This document shows positions 12,816 through 15,357 of a DNA stretch of 15,357 nt, one piece after another. The notes under the pieces were generated by a model that had not been told where the DNA came from, ran no database searches, and saw nothing but the letters and a program-made list of their open reading frames with translations. The stretch spans positions 1 through 15,357 of the forward strand of contig CAKOFP010000149.1 of assembly GCA_933226995.1 (NCBI GenBank), given 5' to 3'. The position numbers were made by a program, and so were the translations under genes. The DNA is from Candidatus Nitrosopolaris rasttigaisensis (GTDB taxonomy: Archaea; Thermoproteota; Nitrososphaeria; Nitrososphaerales; Nitrososphaeraceae). The first letter of the stretch is position 1; each line of letters begins with the position of its first letter.

Positions 12816-13803
12816 ACTAGTTGATGGTTTCGGTAGGATTGGCAGAAAGTTAAGGATCTCAATTACAGACAAATGCAATATGCGGTGCGTGTATTGTATG
12901 CCAAACGGTAATACCGAGTGGTTTGAAGATAATAATATTTTAACCTACGATGAAATCGTCAAACTTGCTACTATTCTAGCTAGACTAGGTATCGAGAAGA
13001 TAAGGGTAACAGGGGGTGAGCCTCTTGTTAGACCTAAAGTAGAAGATCTAATCAAGTCATTATCCAATATCGATGAAGTTAAGGCTATCAGTATGACGAC
13101 GAATGCCCTGCTACTGAGAGATAAGGTGATGCAGCTCAGAGATGCAGGGCTGTCAAGCATAAATGTCAGTTTAGATACATTCAAAGAAGATAGGTTCAAA
13201 GCAATTACTGGCATACGAGGACTCAGCAAGGTTATGAAAGCCATACGAGTAGCAGACGATGCTGGATTGAAAATAAAGATTAACAGCGTCATAATGAGAG
13301 GGTGGAACGATGATGAAATTCCAGATTTTGCTAGATTTGCCAGATTTACAGGCTATACTGTGCGGTTCATAGAGTTCATGCCCTTAGACGGATCAGGTAT
13401 ATGGGAACCAAATCTAGTTGTTACTAAGGACGAAACCATTAATAGAATATGCAAAGGTGTAAAGGAGCTTGTGCGCATTGAAAATAATAATAGTTCCGAA
13501 CCTGCAACGCTATATTCTTTTGTTGATGGAATTGGTACTGTAGGATTTATTCCCTCAATATCAGAGCCATTCTGCGGTAATTGTGACAGATTAAGGATAA
13601 GTTCTGATGGCAGATTATTGACTTGTCTTTTTGAAAGTCCGGGTTATGATCTTAGGAGTATGTTACGAGGTAAAAGATCAGAGAATGAGATCAGCGAATA
13701 TATTCTCCAATGTGTTAAGAAAAAACCCGAAGGAATAATAAAAATCATACGGACAAAATCGCTCAAGCCAACGCTAAATTTTATGCATACAATAGGTGGC
13801 TAG
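12805..13803 (+). CDS. moaA: GTP 3',8-cyclase MoaA (radical SAM, molybdenum cofactor biosynthesis step 1)
   Basis: - LVDGFGR...LRISITDKCNMRCVYCMP carries the CxxxCxxC radical-SAM cluster.
- GGEPL is present.
- The C-terminal cluster is CGNCDRLRISSDGRLLTCLF.
- The protein ends in the terminal Gly-Gly.
- The start is TTG at 12805 (no ATG precedes the cluster motif), overlapping the MOSC stop by 11 nt. AGGAG lies 12 nt upstream. Confidence 0.95.
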   Translation: MQSKLVDGFGRIGRKLRISITDKCNMRCVYCMPNGNTEWFEDNNILTYDEIVKLATILARLGIEKIRVTGGEPLVRPKVEDLIKSLSNIDEVKAISMTTNALLLRDKVMQLRDAGLSSINVSLDTFKEDRFKAITGIRGLSKVMKAIRVADDAGLKIKINSVIMRGWNDDEIPDFARFARFTGYTVRFIEFMPLDGSGIWEPNLVVTKDETINRICKGVKELVRIENNNSSEPATLYSFVDGIGTVGFIPSISEPFCGNCDRLRISSDGRLLTCLFESPGYDLRSMLRGKRSENEISEYILQCVKKKPEGIIKIIRTKSLKPTLNFMHTIGG

Positions 13804-14369
13804 TTAATCGGCATGCATAGCATCCGATCAACGTTGCAGCCGTGAATGCGAATCAGGACAATAGTTTACCAGAGCTTTGCTCCTTCACGCCCTCAGAAGG
13901 TTTCTAATCATTTTTGGCTATGATATCGGACGGTAATTGGGAATGTTTTAAAAGTCGAAGAGCAAATCATCTTCAATTAATTTGTACCTGCCCTGCAATC
14001 AACTGCACACCTACCACAGTATTTTTTTTAAATCATGATATTATTATCGACATTGTCAAACTTCTTTAATGGCTGGATTCGGCCAGCATACACAAAATTT
14101 TTGTCTGTTTACATGACTTGATTCAGGTATTTTCGGCGTGTTATCAGATTTATTGATGGAGATAAAAGTTCTGTATGGTGTAGAATGTACGTTGATACTG
14201 ACATATCCCTTTCCTGCCTCGGAAATGACAACAACAGCAGAGCAAATTAGACAGAAAACCCAAGTGTTGGAAAAAAACCTGGTATTTATCCAAAAACGTT
14301 CAGGTAGCAGGAAAGTGTCAATATGTAACAGAATTAAGATCTTGTATTGGATATTGAAGGAAATAGAGA

Positions 14370-14990
14370 ATGATGATGATGAAATCTAATTGCTTGATCG
14401 CTTCAACTAGCGTTCTTTTATTGGCGTTTGTATTATTATCACCTACAATTGTAATGGCACAAGTAAGTCCTTGGTCCTTGTTCCAGCAGCTATGTTCGAT
14501 AGGGAGGCTAGCTACAGGTCCCCAGTGCACTGGACTTTTCCAGGGACAGAATCAACAGCCACAAATACCAACTGGACAAAATCCATTGACACAGCAGCAA
14601 CTTCAACAATTACAGCAACAACCTTTTTCAAGCACAACAATCCCAACCACTGGCCCTGTTCAGACAGTACCAACAATTTTAAGCCCTGTTATAGCAAACG
14701 CAGGTCCAAATCAAGTAGTAAGTAGAGGCGCCATCGTCACACTAGATGGTACTGGATCTACCGGTTCGGTGTCGACTTTAAACGGTGTACAATCGACCGT
14801 AACAATCACACAGTATTTGTGGCAGCAGACTTCGGGACCTACGCTTACATTAGGATTGACTGGAGCAAATACAGCTAGACCTACATTTACTGCCCCAACC
14901 AACGCGACAAGTCTAGTCTTTAGTTTATCTGTGCAAGATTCGACCGGTCTTATCAGCAATCCTGCGACAGTATCAATTTCTGTGCAATGA
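14370..14990 (+). CDS. Secreted protein: signal peptide, Gln/Pro-rich linker, C-terminal PKD/Ig-like domain; paralogous to the C-terminus of 950-1927
   Basis: Signal peptide MMMMKSNCLIASTSVLLLAFVLLSPTIVMAQV. Q-rich linker QQQLQQLQQQ. The domain reads PVIANAGPNQVV..VTLDGTGS...YLWQQTSGP...PTFTAP...LVFSLSVQD...VSISV. Confidence 0.85.
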   Translation: MMMMKSNCLIASTSVLLLAFVLLSPTIVMAQVSPWSLFQQLCSIGRLATGPQCTGLFQGQNQQPQIPTGQNPLTQQQLQQLQQQPFSSTTIPTTGPVQTVPTILSPVIANAGPNQVVSRGAIVTLDGTGSTGSVSTLNGVQSTVTITQYLWQQTSGPTLTLGLTGANTARPTFTAPTNATSLVFSLSVQDSTGLISNPATVSISVQ

Positions 14991-15357
14991 AGTAACAGCC
15001 AGATAGTTGGTAGTAGCAAATGTAGACATCAATGGGAAGGCGATCGACGACAAGACCCCTACTCCTAAGTATACAGCTATTTGCACTATCTTGGTTGACG
15101 GTTATATTAACTACCTAACTTACCTTTAGTAATCGTATGTCACACTAAAGAAGGCCGCAGACTTGGAGAGATAGAAGGAAGACCTAAGGTGGTATTCTCA
15201 CCCACTTTCGATGTTAGTAAGTTGGTCATCATAAAGAGCATCAAGACTCGCACAAAAAAAATTGAGCTTGTACTGCTTCGGTGTGAAGACCGTATGCCGT
15301 TGGTACCTTTAAAGCCGGAAATAAACGGTATACAATCTTAAGTATGTCACCTATCAT

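Noticed and set aside
11897-13292. Tracked ORFs 11897-12175 (+), 12569-12862 (-) and 12945-13292 (-)
   Set aside because: They lie in alternative frames or antisense to the MOSC and moaA genes, whose frames are fixed by strong motifs.
6411-14380. Recurring (TGA/GAT)3-4 strings at 6411-6427, 8526-8538 and 14370-14381
   Set aside because: These are short trinucleotide runs in three unrelated contexts (intergenic, after a mini-ORF, and an MMMM start). There is no shared flanking sequence, so I treat the recurrence as coincidence.
14138-15019. Tracked ORFs 14138-14389 (+), 14318-14530 (-), 14471-14725 (+) and 14711-15019 (-)
   Set aside because: The last three are shadows of the 14370-14990 gene. 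ORF 14138-14389 overlaps that gene's start, has no motifs, and lies in AT-rich upstream sequence that more likely holds the promoter.
15013-15357. Right-edge fragments: a 38-aa TTG ORF (about 15016-15132, +; ...VDINGKAIDDKTPTPKYTAICTILVDGYINYLTYL) and minus-strand frames around an A8 run (15253-15260) that read ...TAYGLHTEAVQAQFF / CASLDALYDDQLTNIESG*
   Set aside because: They are short, start-less or broken, and truncated by the window edge. They may belong to a frameshifted gene extending beyond 15357, but I cannot support any call.
1-15357. Alternative genetic code or stop-codon readthrough as an explanation for the in-frame stops in several short frames
   Set aside because: The confidently identified genes terminate at TAA, TAG and TGA at positions consistent with the expected protein ends (for example, moaA ends right after its terminal GG). 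Standard code 11 therefore fits.

Overview
This is an AT-rich prokaryotic window with many SD-like GGAG motifs, TATA-like boxes about 25-40 nt upstream of starts, and oligo-T runs after genes. Gene content and style look archaeal. My inference, not proof, is an ammonia-oxidising Nitrososphaeria (Thaumarchaeota) soil-type genome. The basis is a membrane-anchored plastocyanin-like blue copper protein next to a heme-copper oxidase, secreted PKD-like proteins, and low coding density.

The supported core has three parts:
- A divergent copper/respiration module at 4129-8121: a CtaG-like membrane protein and a type-1 blue copper protein on the minus strand, and oxidase subunits II and I on the plus strand.
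- A universal stress protein, followed by a YiiM-like MOSC protein overlapping MoaA (radical-SAM GTP 3',8-cyclase).
- Two secreted proteins, one at each end of the window (950-1927 and 14370-14990). Each ends in the same kind of roughly 95-aa PKD/Ig-like domain. The first also carries an unusual periodic His/Cys/Pro repeat.

Between coxI and usp (about 8150-11060) lies a low-quality stretch. It holds a 5'-truncated tyrosine-recombinase gene, stop-interrupted reading frames and small orphan ORFs. I read it as a decayed integrated element, but I found no att repeats or tRNA.

I found no rRNA, tRNA, CRISPR array or recognisable defence operon. About a quarter of the window has no convincing gene.

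I cannot point to a clear new multi-gene system. The most unusual items are the His/Cys repeat exoprotein, the atypical oxidase subunit I (no D-channel Glu, plus a charged loop insertion), the integrase relic region, and a long imperfect hairpin at the left edge. All domain calls come from motifs read by eye and need HMM or structure confirmation.
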